Positions 22,361 through 32,468 are shown, numbered from the stretch's first letter. The stretch: 64,000 nt of DNA from an uncultured Acidobacteriaceae bacterium (GCA_963711525.1 CAVQEO010000046.1:316500-380499); one strand, 5' to 3'. Translations and numbers: made by a program. Notes: a model not told the origin generated them from the sequence alone.

Positions 22361-23926
22361 ATGAATCGCCCGTCAATGCTGGCCCGCGTACAGGCTCGTT
22401 CCACTCCATGGGATATCGTCGTGGTCGGAGGCGGAGCCACCGGTGTGGGTGTGGCCGTCGATGCCGCCAACCGTGGCTTCGCAGTGCTGCTGTTGGAGCG
22501 GATGGATTTTGGTTCGGCTACTTCGAGCCGGAGCACCAAGCTGGTGCACGGCGGCGTTCGCTATCTGGAACAAGGGAACGTGTCGCTGGTGATGGAAGCG
22601 CTGAAGGAACGCGGCCTGCTGCGTCAGAACGCTCCCCACCTGGTCCATGATCTGGGCTTCGTCGTGCCTAACTATTCCTGGTGGGAAGCTCCTTTCTACG
22701 GCATCGGCATGAAGGTCTATGACCTGCTCGCAGGCAAATATGGCTTTGGCAAGTCTCGCCTGCTGTCGCGTGAAGAAACTCTGGAGCGGCTGCCCACCAT
22801 CCAGACCGAGGGACTCCGCGGCGGCGTTATCTACTACGACGGCCAATTTGATGACACTCGTCTGCTGATCCAACTGGCCGAGACGGCCGCCGATCAGGGC
22901 GCCGTCTTGCTCAACTATGCGCCGGTGGTCGAGATCACCAGAGGCGCGGACGGCTTTGCCGATGGCGTAGTCGCGATCGATAGCGAATCGGGCCAGCGCA
23001 TGAAGATCCAGGCGCATGTGGTGGTGAATGCCGCGGGCATATTCGCTGACGATGTGCGCCGCCTGGCTGAGCCGGCGTTGCAAGGCATGATCGCGCCCAG
23101 CCAGGGCATTCACCTGGTCTTCGAGCGTGAGTTTCTGCGTGGCGACACCGCGATCATGGTGCCCCACACCAGCGACGGCCGGGTGTTGTTTGCCATCCCG
23201 TGGCATGAGCACACGGTGGTCGGCACCACCGATACACCTATTGAAGTGCCTTCGTACAACCCGCTTCCTTTTGAGGAAGAAATTCAGTTCATCCTGGACA
23301 CCGCGGCCCAGTACCTCAGCCGGCCTCCGCAGCGCAGTGACGTGCTCAGCGTGTATGTCGGCATCCGCCCCTTGGTGAAGGCCAACGGCGCTTCGATGAA
23401 AACGTCATCGCTCTCCCGCGACCACACCATCCATGTCGACAACTCCGGGTTACTGACCATCGTCGGAGGCAAATGGACCACTTATCGCCATATGGCTGAG
23501 GACTGCGTGGACCACGCGATCACCCTCGGTGAGCTTAGCGACGTGCCGAGCGGGACGCACGACCTGAAGATTCACGGGTATAAGCAAGACGTCGACTCGC
23601 TGAACAGTCTTGGAGTCTACGGGTCAGATGCTGAGAAAATCCTGGCTCTGGCGGCTGCTGATAAGCGTCTCGGCCAGCGGCTCCATCCTGACCTGCCCTA
23701 TATCGCCGCTGAAGTGATCTGGGGGGTCCGGGAGGAGATGGCGCGGACGGTGGACGATATGCTGTCCCGCCGTACACGGGCGTTGTTCCTGAATGCGAGG
23801 GCGGCCATCGAGATGGCGCCCGCCGTGGCCAAGCTCATGGCGGAGGAATTGGGCGCCGGACAGGATTGGATCGACCAGCAGTTGCAGCAATTCGATGATC
23901 TGGCGCGAAAATACCTGTTACCGTGA
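22361..23926 (+). CDS. glpD: FAD-dependent glycerol-3-phosphate dehydrogenase
   Basis: 521 aa with the VVVGGGATGVGVAVDAANRG dinucleotide motif and GlpD-like sequence. It starts immediately after the glpK stop. Confidence 0.9.
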   Translation: MNRPSMLARVQARSTPWDIVVVGGGATGVGVAVDAANRGFAVLLLERMDFGSATSSRSTKLVHGGVRYLEQGNVSLVMEALKERGLLRQNAPHLVHDLGFVVPNYSWWEAPFYGIGMKVYDLLAGKYGFGKSRLLSREETLERLPTIQTEGLRGGVIYYDGQFDDTRLLIQLAETAADQGAVLLNYAPVVEITRGADGFADGVVAIDSESGQRMKIQAHVVVNAAGIFADDVRRLAEPALQGMIAPSQGIHLVFEREFLRGDTAIMVPHTSDGRVLFAIPWHEHTVVGTTDTPIEVPSYNPLPFEEEIQFILDTAAQYLSRPPQRSDVLSVYVGIRPLVKANGASMKTSSLSRDHTIHVDNSGLLTIVGGKWTTYRHMAEDCVDHAITLGELSDVPSGTHDLKIHGYKQDVDSLNSLGVYGSDAEKILALAAADKRLGQRLHPDLPYIAAEVIWGVREEMARTVDDMLSRRTRALFLNARAAIEMAPAVAKLMAEELGAGQDWIDQQLQQFDDLARKYLLP

Positions 23927-23956
23927 AGGGCACACGAAAAGACAGGAACTGTTCGT

Positions 23957-24766
23957 TTGATGAAGAGACAAGATTTTGGCGAATACCTGGCGGAGGCCCT
24001 GGCGGTCTTCATCATCATTGCATTCGGCGACTCTGTTGCCGCGATGTACAGTCTCTACACTCCCAGCCCATACCAGAACTCGTATTGGGGAGTGTGTATC
24101 GCGTGGGGCCTGGCTGTGACCATGGCCATCTATGCCACCGGATCCATCTCCGGCACGCATGCCAATCCGGCAGTGACGCTGGCTCTGGCGCTTTATCGAA
24201 AATTCTCCTGGCGAAAAGTCATTCCATATTTCGTGGCCCAGGTGGCGGGCGGCGTGCTTGGGGCGGCTCTTGTTTACTGCTTGTACGTGCCGGTGATCGA
24301 CCACTTTAACTGTGGCGCGCAACTCACGCGTGCGGCGGGCGGCGCAGCCGGGGTCTTCTTTACTCACCCCGGCCTGGCCATCACGCCCATGCATGCCTTC
24401 GGCGACGAAATTATACTGACGGCCTTTCTGATCTTCGGCATCTTCGCCATCACCGAGCAATACAACGAGATGGCGCCCCAGGCGAATTCGGGCGCCCTGA
24501 TGATCGGCCTGCTGGTAGCGTTGATTGGAGCCTCAATGGGCTATCTGGAGGCTTGGGCCCTTAACCCGGCGCGTGATCTTGGCCCACGGATCTTTTGCTT
24601 TTTCGCCGGCTGGGGACCGGCCGCGTTCCCCTCGCCGCAGAGTTACTGGTGGGTTCCGATCGCTGGTCCCTTGCTCGGCGGCTGCGTAGGCGGAGCCGCC
24701 TATCAGTACCTGGTTCGCCCCTTTCTACCCGCCAACCTGCGGGCCCTGGCCGCCGAATCGAAATGA
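23957..24766 (+). CDS. glpF: aquaglyceroporin (MIP family)
   Basis: 269 aa with six hydrophobic segments and two NPA boxes (HANPAVT, LNPARD). Confidence 0.9.
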   Translation: MMKRQDFGEYLAEALAVFIIIAFGDSVAAMYSLYTPSPYQNSYWGVCIAWGLAVTMAIYATGSISGTHANPAVTLALALYRKFSWRKVIPYFVAQVAGGVLGAALVYCLYVPVIDHFNCGAQLTRAAGGAAGVFFTHPGLAITPMHAFGDEIILTAFLIFGIFAITEQYNEMAPQANSGALMIGLLVALIGASMGYLEAWALNPARDLGPRIFCFFAGWGPAAFPSPQSYWWVPIAGPLLGGCVGGAAYQYLVRPFLPANLRALAAESK

Positions 24767-25749
24767 GCAAGATCTCGCGCAGGGCGTTCTCGGCCCTCGC
24801 CATGGCGGCGCTGGGATCTAGAAGTTTTGCCCAACCCAAAAAGACGAGCGTCGTATTGCTCCTTACGGGCGTGATCACCGACGGAGGCTGGAGCCAGCTC
24901 GCCTTCAACGGTCTGAAGGCGCTGGGACCCGGATTTAGGACAGCGTACGCGGAAAACATTGGTCTCGCGCAAATGCAGGAAGTAGCGCGCGGGTACTCCG
25001 ACGATGGTTTCGATCTGATCCTGGGTCATGGCTTTGAGTTCAGTAGTGCATTGCTCGATATTGCGCCGGATTACCCAATCCAGAAATTCTTCGTGACCAG
25101 TTTTCTGCCACAACCCTCAGTACCCCCGAATCTCCTGTTCATCAATTTGGGTTATTTCGGCGCCGCCTATGGAGCCGGCGCCCTGGCGGCTTTAATCTCG
25201 GAGCGCAAGCAGGCGGTTGGTTTTGTCGGAGGGGAGGACGATCCTACGCAGCAGCGAATCTTGAAGTGCTTTATCGCCGGCGCCCGCAACACCGTGCCCG
25301 GGATCCAGGGCCTGGGCATCATTACCGGCGATTATGATAACGCGGCGAAAGGGCGCGAAGCTGCCTCGACGCTGATTGGCAATGGGGCCGATGTGATCTG
25401 GCATGCGGCGGACGTGACCGGGCTGGGAGCGATCCAGGGTGCGGTCGCCGGCAATGCGAAGGTGATGGGATGCTATTCCGATCAAACAGATTTGGCGCCC
25501 AAGAATATGGCGACCAGCTTCGAGATGAATCTTGGAGGCATGGTACAGAGGGTCTCTCATGAGGTCGCCGATCACTCGTTCGCGGGCGGCACGGAGTGGA
25601 AACCTACCGTGGACTGGATGTGGTTGCTGAAGGCGGGCGCCAGGGGAGACCACAATCCGCAGCTGGTTTCTTCATCGCAATGGGCTGCGTTTCAAAAAGT
25701 ATGGAGCGATCTTTCTGCAGGTAAGATCGACCTGTCCCCATGGGTTTGA
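24763..25749 (+). CDS. BMP-family (PnrA/Med-like) ABC transporter substrate-binding protein
   Basis: The ATG at 24763 overlaps the glpF stop (ATGA). It has an SRRAFSALAMAALG signal and BMP-family pattern (GVITDGGWSQ, GFVGGEDDP). Confidence 0.85.
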   Translation: MSKISRRAFSALAMAALGSRSFAQPKKTSVVLLLTGVITDGGWSQLAFNGLKALGPGFRTAYAENIGLAQMQEVARGYSDDGFDLILGHGFEFSSALLDIAPDYPIQKFFVTSFLPQPSVPPNLLFINLGYFGAAYGAGALAALISERKQAVGFVGGEDDPTQQRILKCFIAGARNTVPGIQGLGIITGDYDNAAKGREAASTLIGNGADVIWHAADVTGLGAIQGAVAGNAKVMGCYSDQTDLAPKNMATSFEMNLGGMVQRVSHEVADHSFAGGTEWKPTVDWMWLLKAGARGDHNPQLVSSSQWAAFQKVWSDLSAGKIDLSPWV

Positions 25750-25777
25750 AGGGTAAGGGCTGCATCGCCGCAGCGAG

Positions 25778-26066
25778 TTTTAGAGTCTGCGCGAGAACGC
25801 GAAAACAAACCTCTGATCTAAATCAGGCCCGTAGGGCCGGGAGCCAAACGTCAGCCCAGCCCGGAAGGGCTGGGACATCTTTCGCAACATCGTCCGAGCG
25901 CCAGAGGCGCGGCACCCGCGGATGTAGATAGTGCCGCGCCTCTGGCGCTCCGATATGGGCTACCCTTTTCCCAGCCCTTCCGGGCTGGGCTGACGTTTGG
26001 CTTCCGGCCCTACGGGCCTAGTTTAGATATGGGGTTTGTTTTCGCGTTCTTGCGCAGACCCTAAAA
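25778..26066. repeat. roughly 290-bp nested palindromic extragenic element, copy B (inverted relative to copy A)
   Basis: Same architecture as 13968-14253. Each core arm (GTAGGGCCGGGAGCCAAACGTCAGCCCAGCCCGG.AGGGCTGGGA and its complement) differs from copy A by one base. The centre carries CCCGCGGATG, the reverse complement of copy A's centre. Confidence 0.85.
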
Positions 26067-26130
26067 GGCCGGACCCTTCGAGACAGGAAGATCAAGCTGT
26101 TCCCATTAGCTAGTCCACGAGGAGAAACAT

Positions 26131-27627
26131 TTGCCCGAATTCGCGATGAGGAAGATCGTCAAGCGATTTCCCGGCGTCGTGGCTAACTGCGACGTTGACC
26201 TCACCATCGAAGCGGGCGAGATTCATGCCCTGCTGGGAGAAAACGGCGCCGGCAAAAGCACCCTGATGCAGATTCTCTACGGATTCCATTCCATGGACTC
26301 CGGATCGATCCTGATCGATGGCGAGCCGGTCGAAATCAACAGCCCCAAAGATGCCATCGCGCTTGGCATCGGCATGGTGCACCAGGAATTCATGCTGGTG
26401 CGGCGCTTTTCCGTGGTTGAGAATACCGTGCTCGGTCTGACGGAAGAGACCGGTCCGATGCTCGACCTGCGGAAGGCCGCGAGACGGCTGCGCAGCTTGA
26501 GCGATCAGCATCATCTGGCCATTGACCCCTATGCGCAAGTGCAGCACCTGCCCATCGGTGTGCAACAGCGGGTTGAGATTCTCAAGTTGCTCTATCGCGA
26601 CGCCAGGCTGCTGATCCTCGACGAACCCACTGCCGTCCTCACCACGCACGAGAAGGACCAGCTGTTCACGGTGCTGCGCGGCCTGCGTGACCAGGGCCGC
26701 TCGATTGTCATCGTGACCCACAAGCTTCAGGAGATCCTGGAGCTTGCGGATCGGGTCACGGTGATGCGCGACGGGCGGGTCGTGGGCTCTGTTACTACGC
26801 AGCAGACCACCGAGCAGGAACTGGCCCGCCTCATGGTGGGTCGCGACGTGAACCTCCGCGCGCATCGGGTTCCGATGGAGCGCGGCCGGGCGGTCCTGCG
26901 CATCCACGGGCTTCACGTCCGCGACGACGTGGGCCAGGAGAAGGTCCGCGGCGTAAGCCTCGATGTACATGCGGGAGAGATCGTCGGCATCGCCGGCGTC
27001 GATGGCAACGGGCAGTCGCAATTAGCGGAGGCAATCATGCATTTGCGGCCGGCTCATCAAGGACAAGTTTTTCTCGACGAGCGCGAAGTTACCCGGCTGA
27101 CGGTCGCGCAGCATCGCGCTCTCGGCCTGTCGTATATTCCGGCTGATCGCCGGCATGTGGGCGCGGTCACGGAGATGTCCGTCGCCGACAATGCAATTCT
27201 CGGATCGCAACGACAGCGCACCCGAGGGCTGTTTCTGGATCGGCGCAAAATCCGCGAGTTCGCGGAAGCGCTGATCGCGCGATTTGGAGTGCGTGCCTCC
27301 GGTATCGGAGCGATGGCTGGCAAGCTCTCCGGGGGCAACCTGCAGAAGCTGATCCTGGGCCGGGAGATTCTGCAAGACGCAGCCGTGATGGTGGTCGAAC
27401 AGCCGACGCGAGGACTGGATGTGGGCGCGGTCGAGTCCGTGTGGCTCGAACTGCTGCGCGAACGCGAGCGGGGCAAGGCGATCCTGTTGATCTCCGCTGA
27501 GCTGGAAGAGCTGATGAACCTGGCCGACAGGATCGCCGTGCTGTTCGAGGGAAGGATCGTCGGCATCCTCAATGCGGCCAGCGTCACCCAGGAAAAGCTG
27601 GGTCTCATGATCTCCGGAATTTCATGA
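26131..27627 (+). CDS. ABC transporter ATP-binding protein, duplicated ATPase (CUT2/nucleoside type)
   Basis: 498 aa with Walker A GENGAGKST and a second P-loop GVDGNGQS, plus signature LSGGNLQK. A GGAG lies 6 nt upstream of the TTG start. Confidence 0.9.
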   Translation: MPEFAMRKIVKRFPGVVANCDVDLTIEAGEIHALLGENGAGKSTLMQILYGFHSMDSGSILIDGEPVEINSPKDAIALGIGMVHQEFMLVRRFSVVENTVLGLTEETGPMLDLRKAARRLRSLSDQHHLAIDPYAQVQHLPIGVQQRVEILKLLYRDARLLILDEPTAVLTTHEKDQLFTVLRGLRDQGRSIVIVTHKLQEILELADRVTVMRDGRVVGSVTTQQTTEQELARLMVGRDVNLRAHRVPMERGRAVLRIHGLHVRDDVGQEKVRGVSLDVHAGEIVGIAGVDGNGQSQLAEAIMHLRPAHQGQVFLDEREVTRLTVAQHRALGLSYIPADRRHVGAVTEMSVADNAILGSQRQRTRGLFLDRRKIREFAEALIARFGVRASGIGAMAGKLSGGNLQKLILGREILQDAAVMVVEQPTRGLDVGAVESVWLELLRERERGKAILLISAELEELMNLADRIAVLFEGRIVGILNAASVTQEKLGLMISGIS

Positions 27628-28694
27628 AGCTGATCGAACGACGTCTCACTCCCGCTGACTCGCCGCTCGCCATCACGACTGCGATGGTCCTCGCCGTGGC
27701 GGCGGCGATGCTGGTCACGTCGCTGCTCTTTGTCCTCTATGGAGCGAACCCGTTGCGGGCATACTTCGCTCTCTTCCATGAACCGTTCGCAACCATGCGC
27801 GGTTTTGGCTATACCCTGGTGCATGCTGCGCCTTTGACGTTGATTGCCCTGGGCACCATCGTCAGCTGGCGCTCCGGCTTTGGCTACCTGGGCTTCGAAG
27901 GATGCTTCGTGATTGGCGCTGTGGCCACCAGCTGGTTGGCCCTGCTCACCGTGCCGGGCGGAGCTTTGGGCCCGCTTTCCTTGGCCGCCTTCCTGCCTTT
28001 GGCGCTCTTGCTGAGTTTCGCCGCGGGAGCGGTGTGGGCGGGAGTGGTGGCTCTCATACGAGCGCGGTTTGGGGGCAACGAAGTGCTCATCTCGTTGATG
28101 ACCAACTACGTCGCCATCCTGATTATGCAGTACCTGGTTTCCGGCCCCATGCGCGCTCCCGGCGGAGTTCCGGAGACGGCGCTCCTGCCGCGTGCTACAT
28201 GGCTCCCGTTTATCTTGCATGGGACACGCGCGCACGCAGGCATCCTGATCGCCTTGTTGGCGGCCGTGCTGGTGTGGATGCTGCTGCGCAAGACCCCGTT
28301 GGGCTATGAGCTGATCGTCAGCGGCCTTAGCCCGTCCGCTGCCCGCTATGGCGGCGTCCACGTGGGCGTGCGGCTGGTGCTCGCGGCTTTCCTGGCCGGC
28401 GGCCTGGGTGCTCTGGCGGGCACGGTCGAGGTGCTGGGCGAGCAACATCGCCTGATGGATGGGATTAGCGGCGGCGTGGGGTTCACAGGCATCATCGTCG
28501 CGTTGCTGGCCAAGCTCAACCCGCTGGCCGTTGTCCCCGCGGCTGTGCTGTACGGTGGCATGACGGTCGGCGCCAATGCTATGCAGCGCAGGGCGGGTAT
28601 TCCTTCATCCATTACTTTCATTCTGCAAAGCCTGATCGTGTTGATGGTGCTGGCCAGCGATATCTTCCGCCGCTACCGGGTGAAGCTGAGGTGA
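27624..28694 (+). CDS. ABC transporter permease
   Basis: 356-aa polytopic protein with a start overlapping the ATPase stop. BPD/branched-chain-type permease pattern. Confidence 0.85.
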   Translation: MKLIERRLTPADSPLAITTAMVLAVAAAMLVTSLLFVLYGANPLRAYFALFHEPFATMRGFGYTLVHAAPLTLIALGTIVSWRSGFGYLGFEGCFVIGAVATSWLALLTVPGGALGPLSLAAFLPLALLLSFAAGAVWAGVVALIRARFGGNEVLISLMTNYVAILIMQYLVSGPMRAPGGVPETALLPRATWLPFILHGTRAHAGILIALLAAVLVWMLLRKTPLGYELIVSGLSPSAARYGGVHVGVRLVLAAFLAGGLGALAGTVEVLGEQHRLMDGISGGVGFTGIIVALLAKLNPLAVVPAAVLYGGMTVGANAMQRRAGIPSSITFILQSLIVLMVLASDIFRRYRVKLR

Positions 28695-29635
28695 ACTTTC
28701 ATCGGCTGATGACTTCGGCATTCCTGGTAACCTGGCTCGCCGCCAGCCTCCGGCTCTCCGGACCGGTCCTGCTGGCTGCGCTGGGAGAGACGTTCGCTGA
28801 GTGCTCCGGTGTGCTGAACGTGGGTATCGAAGGCACGATTTTGCTGGGTGCGCTGGCCAGCTTCCTGACCGATTATGTAACCGGCATGGTGTGGATAAGC
28901 CTGTTGGCCGCGATGCTGACCGGCATCGTCTTCAATCTTTTGCTGGCCTGGATGTATGTCACTGTACGCGCCAGCCAGGTGGTCGTCGGCCTGGTGTTCA
29001 ACGTGCTGGCGCTGGGGATTGCCGCTACCGTTTATCGCCGGGCTCTGGGCGAGTCCGCGGGCCCGCAGAGTGTGGCTATGTTTCCCCCGCTTCATATTCC
29101 TTGGTTGAGCGATCTTCCGCTGTTGGGGCCTGTGTTGTTCGGGCAGGCGATTCTGCTTTATCTGACGCTGGGGCTGGTTCTGCTGGCCCACGTGATCTTG
29201 TTTCGCACCCGCTTTGGGCTGGCCCTGCGTGCTGCCGGAGAAAATCCCAGCGCGGCGGATGCGGCGGGTATTTCCGTAACTCGCATGCGTTACATGGGGG
29301 TGCTGATCGGTGGCGCTACGGCGGGTATGGCCGGCGCTTATCTGGTGCTGGCGCAGATTGGGCTGTTTCGCGAATCGATTGTTTCGGGGCAGGGATTCAT
29401 TGCGCTGGGGATCGTCATCTTTGGAAGATGGAATCCGGGGAAGGCGGCGCTGGCTGCTCTTGTGTTTGGCGCTTGCGATGCGTTGCAGCTTTCGCTGCAA
29501 TTGGGAGGAGGGAGTGTTCCGCCCCAACTGCTGGAGTCTTTACCCTACATCGTCACCATCCTGGCGATTTCAGGGTTGTTTGGTGGGAAAGCGATTCAAC
29601 CGGCCGCGCTAATGGTTCCTTACTCTAAAGATTGA
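28691..29635 (+). CDS. ABC transporter permease
   Basis: 314-aa polytopic protein overlapping the previous permease by 4 nt. Confidence 0.85.
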   Translation: MNFHRLMTSAFLVTWLAASLRLSGPVLLAALGETFAECSGVLNVGIEGTILLGALASFLTDYVTGMVWISLLAAMLTGIVFNLLLAWMYVTVRASQVVVGLVFNVLALGIAATVYRRALGESAGPQSVAMFPPLHIPWLSDLPLLGPVLFGQAILLYLTLGLVLLAHVILFRTRFGLALRAAGENPSAADAAGISVTRMRYMGVLIGGATAGMAGAYLVLAQIGLFRESIVSGQGFIALGIVIFGRWNPGKAALAALVFGACDALQLSLQLGGGSVPPQLLESLPYIVTILAISGLFGGKAIQPAALMVPYSKD

Positions 29636-29770
29636 GGAGGGAGCCGGGGCGCACCGCAGGTCCCTCGGCTTCGCTCGGAGCCGTGACGTTTTTGGCTCTT
29701 TAGACAATTCTGAATATAAGACGTTCTGTTTCAACGCGAATGTTTGCGATTCTCAATAAAGTTACAGCTC

Positions 29771-29893
29771 TCGGGATGACAAAATTTAAATCGGTGCAGA
29801 CAGTAAACGTTGGATATCGGGATCGCCGGGGATGTCTCCATCCAACTCCACCCATGCTACGGTGAAGGGTTACCCTCTACTTTGTCATCCCGA
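29771..29893. repeat. extragenic inverted repeat (REP/MITE-like)
   Basis: TCGGGATGACAAA (29771-29783) and its exact complement TTTGTCATCCCGA (29881-29893) are separated by 97 bp, in the gap between convergent genes. Confidence 0.5.
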
Positions 29894-29929
29894 CCGAAGC
29901 GCAGCGTAGTGGACCTGCGGTTTTCCTTC

Positions 29930-31312
29930 CTATTTTGGCCAGGGGCGGTGCTTGAACTCATCCGTTCCCGCGCGCTTGGTGAGGGCATCGGCAGCGACCT
30001 GGGCCTGCCGCCGGACGGCGGACTCATCCACCGTGCCTACGATTCCATCACGCATCACGAAGCGTCCGTCGATCATCACGGTCGTCACCTCATGACCCAA
30101 CGCCGAGTACACCATTGCTGAGACCGGGTGATGAATAGGCGTCATGAAGGCGTTGTTGTAGTCCAACACGACAATATCCGCTTTTTTGCCCAGTTCGATC
30201 GAACCGATCTCGGCTTCAAGACCCACTGCGCGAGCGCCACCGATGGTAGCCATCTCCAGAACCTTTTCCGCCGTCATGATGGTTGCATCCTGATGCACGC
30301 CCTTCTGCTGCAAAGCGGCGAACTTCATCGCCTGAAAGAGACTGTGATTGTTGCTGCTTGCCGGGCCATCGGATGCCAGTCCGACCGTCAAACCGGCCGC
30401 AAGCATTTCTGGGATGGGCGCGCAGCCGGACGCGAGATACATATTGCTGCACGGATTATGCGAAACCTTGGTACCGTGCCTACGGAGAATCTGGATGTCC
30501 TCCGTTGTGCAATGCACGCAATGCACAGCGATCACATCCGGCCCGAGGAAACCAATGTCGCTGAGAAACTGCGTGTCGTCCATTCCATAGCTGGCGGCGG
30601 CCGTCTCCAACTCGAAATTTGTTTCCGCCACATGGGTGGTGATGAGCACATGCTCCTCGTCGGCCAGCTTTCGGGTCAGCCGGTAGCCCTCCTCATCGAC
30701 CGCCCAAATCATGTTGGGCGCAAGGCCCACCTGCACCCGTCCTCCCGGCTTGTTGTAGCGCCGTATCTGCTCTTTCGCGTCGGCCAGGGCCACCACCGGC
30801 TTCTCGAGAAGAGCTGCCGGAACTCCGTACTGCACACCGTCGGAGATGAAACCGCGGCAAACAAACCCGCGCATGCCGGTGGCGTCGAATGCGTTGACGA
30901 CCGACGTAATCATGCCCGGCTGCGGGTGGACATACATGAAGTCAACCACCGTCGTCACCCCGGAGCGTATGGATTCGACGCAGCCATGCAGCGCCGCAGC
31001 ATGGGCGTCCTGGGCGGTAAGGTGGACCGCACTTGGGCCGGTCATGCAGGTAAACCACTTCTTCAGCACCATGTCGTCGCCCAGTCCCTTGAGCAGGGTC
31101 TGGAAGAGATGGGTGTGGGTATTCACCATTCCGGGCATCACGATGCGCCCGCTGCAGTCCACGAGCTCCGCCCCGGGGTATTGCTGCTGCAGTTGCTGGC
31201 GGCTGCCCACGGCGGCTATGCGATCGTTTTGTACGCAGACGCTGGCGCGCTCCAGGATTTCACGACGATCGTTCATAGTGATCAACCAGCCATCGGCGAG
31301 GATGAAACTCAT
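29930..31312 (-). CDS. amidohydrolase, ATZ/TRZ (MtaD/guanine-deaminase-like) family
   Basis: 460 aa with the MVNTHTHLFQ HxH metal motif and aminohydrolase pattern throughout. Confidence 0.85.
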   Translation of the reverse strand: MSFILADGWLITMNDRREILERASVCVQNDRIAAVGSRQQLQQQYPGAELVDCSGRIVMPGMVNTHTHLFQTLLKGLGDDMVLKKWFTCMTGPSAVHLTAQDAHAAALHGCVESIRSGVTTVVDFMYVHPQPGMITSVVNAFDATGMRGFVCRGFISDGVQYGVPAALLEKPVVALADAKEQIRRYNKPGGRVQVGLAPNMIWAVDEEGYRLTRKLADEEHVLITTHVAETNFELETAAASYGMDDTQFLSDIGFLGPDVIAVHCVHCTTEDIQILRRHGTKVSHNPCSNMYLASGCAPIPEMLAAGLTVGLASDGPASSNNHSLFQAMKFAALQQKGVHQDATIMTAEKVLEMATIGGARAVGLEAEIGSIELGKKADIVVLDYNNAFMTPIHHPVSAMVYSALGHEVTTVMIDGRFVMRDGIVGTVDESAVRRQAQVAADALTKRAGTDEFKHRPWPK

Positions 31313-31377
31313 TCGGGCAGAACCTCCGGAAGATGCTTTGTTTGGTTCATCCTAACCGCTATCATGAATAAGGACCA

Positions 31378-32334
31378 ATGGCCCCACCCTCTCACTCATC
31401 CACCGCGGAAGATCTCTACCACGAGGGTCTCGATCGGCTCGCGGAAGGGGATGCCGCAGGCGCCGCACAGAAGCTCCGCGATTGCCTCGAAGTGGACCCC
31501 GGCATGCTCGATGCCATGCACGGGCTCATCCGCGCGCTGCAGGAGCAGGGTGAGCTCGACGCCGCCATCGCGGTGGCCAAGCGCTTGCTCCAATTGGACC
31601 CCGATGAGGTTTTGGCCCACACCAGCCTCTCCATCCTTTATCAACACAAGGGCATGATCGCTGAGGCGGAGGCCGAGGCCTTGCAGGCCAAGCTGTTGGG
31701 CTGGAAAAAGCATTTGCAGCAGCAGAAACCTCGCACCCTTTACGTTGCCAGCACAAATCCGGGCAAGCTGCGGGACTTTGCCGTGGCCGCCGCCTCCCAC
31801 AAGACACGCATTCTTCCCCTGCCCGGCCTCGACGCCATTGAGCCGCCCGCGGAAGAGGCCTCGACCTTCGAAGATATTGCCCGTGAGAAGGCGATTTATT
31901 ACAGCCGGTTTTTGCCCGGTGAGATCGTATTGGCGGACGATTCCGGATTGGAAGTGGACGCGCTCCAGGGGGCTCCTGGTGTTCGCTCGGCCCGCTACGC
32001 CGCGGATGCCGGCTTCCGCGCCGATACCACCACTGATACCAACAACAATCTTTTCCTGATGCAGCAACTCGCTCGAGTCCCTGACAGCGAACGCGGCGCT
32101 CGCTATCAATGTGCGCTGGCTGCCGCCCGGGATGGCGCCGCTTTGCTGACCGCTCAGGGCACCGTCGAAGGCCGCATCCTCTCCACTCCGCGAGGCAGTA
32201 ACGGTTTCGGATACGATCCGCTCTTTTATCTGCCAGCCCTCGCATGCACCATGGCCGAAATGGACGACCAGACCAAGTGGACGCTTAGCCACCGGGGGCA
32301 GGCTTTTCGCGCGTTACTGGAGCTCCTGGGCTGA
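31378..32334 (+). CDS. rdgB: TPR domain fused to RdgB/HAM1 non-canonical purine NTP pyrophosphatase
   Basis: The N-terminal roughly 115 aa are TPR-like. The C-terminal Ham1 domain carries LYVASTNPGKLRDF, DDSGLEVDAL and GFGYDPLF. Confidence 0.8.
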   Translation: MAPPSHSSTAEDLYHEGLDRLAEGDAAGAAQKLRDCLEVDPGMLDAMHGLIRALQEQGELDAAIAVAKRLLQLDPDEVLAHTSLSILYQHKGMIAEAEAEALQAKLLGWKKHLQQQKPRTLYVASTNPGKLRDFAVAAASHKTRILPLPGLDAIEPPAEEASTFEDIAREKAIYYSRFLPGEIVLADDSGLEVDALQGAPGVRSARYAADAGFRADTTTDTNNNLFLMQQLARVPDSERGARYQCALAAARDGAALLTAQGTVEGRILSTPRGSNGFGYDPLFYLPALACTMAEMDDQTKWTLSHRGQAFRALLELLG

Positions 32335-32468
32335 AACGTCTACTGGGACAAATCGGACTAGTCCGCTGCGAGGGTCCAAACCTTGACGGTGCTTCTATCG
32401 CGCACCAATAATAGAGAGTTGGACCAGATTCAGTCTCGGCACTTCCTTAGGCATCGGAAAGAAACCAA

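Noticed and set aside
13968-26066. The repeated GC-rich units as a CRISPR array.
   Set aside because: The units are inverted rather than direct repeats, have no regular spacer periodicity, and the two copies lie 12 kb apart. No cas genes are present.
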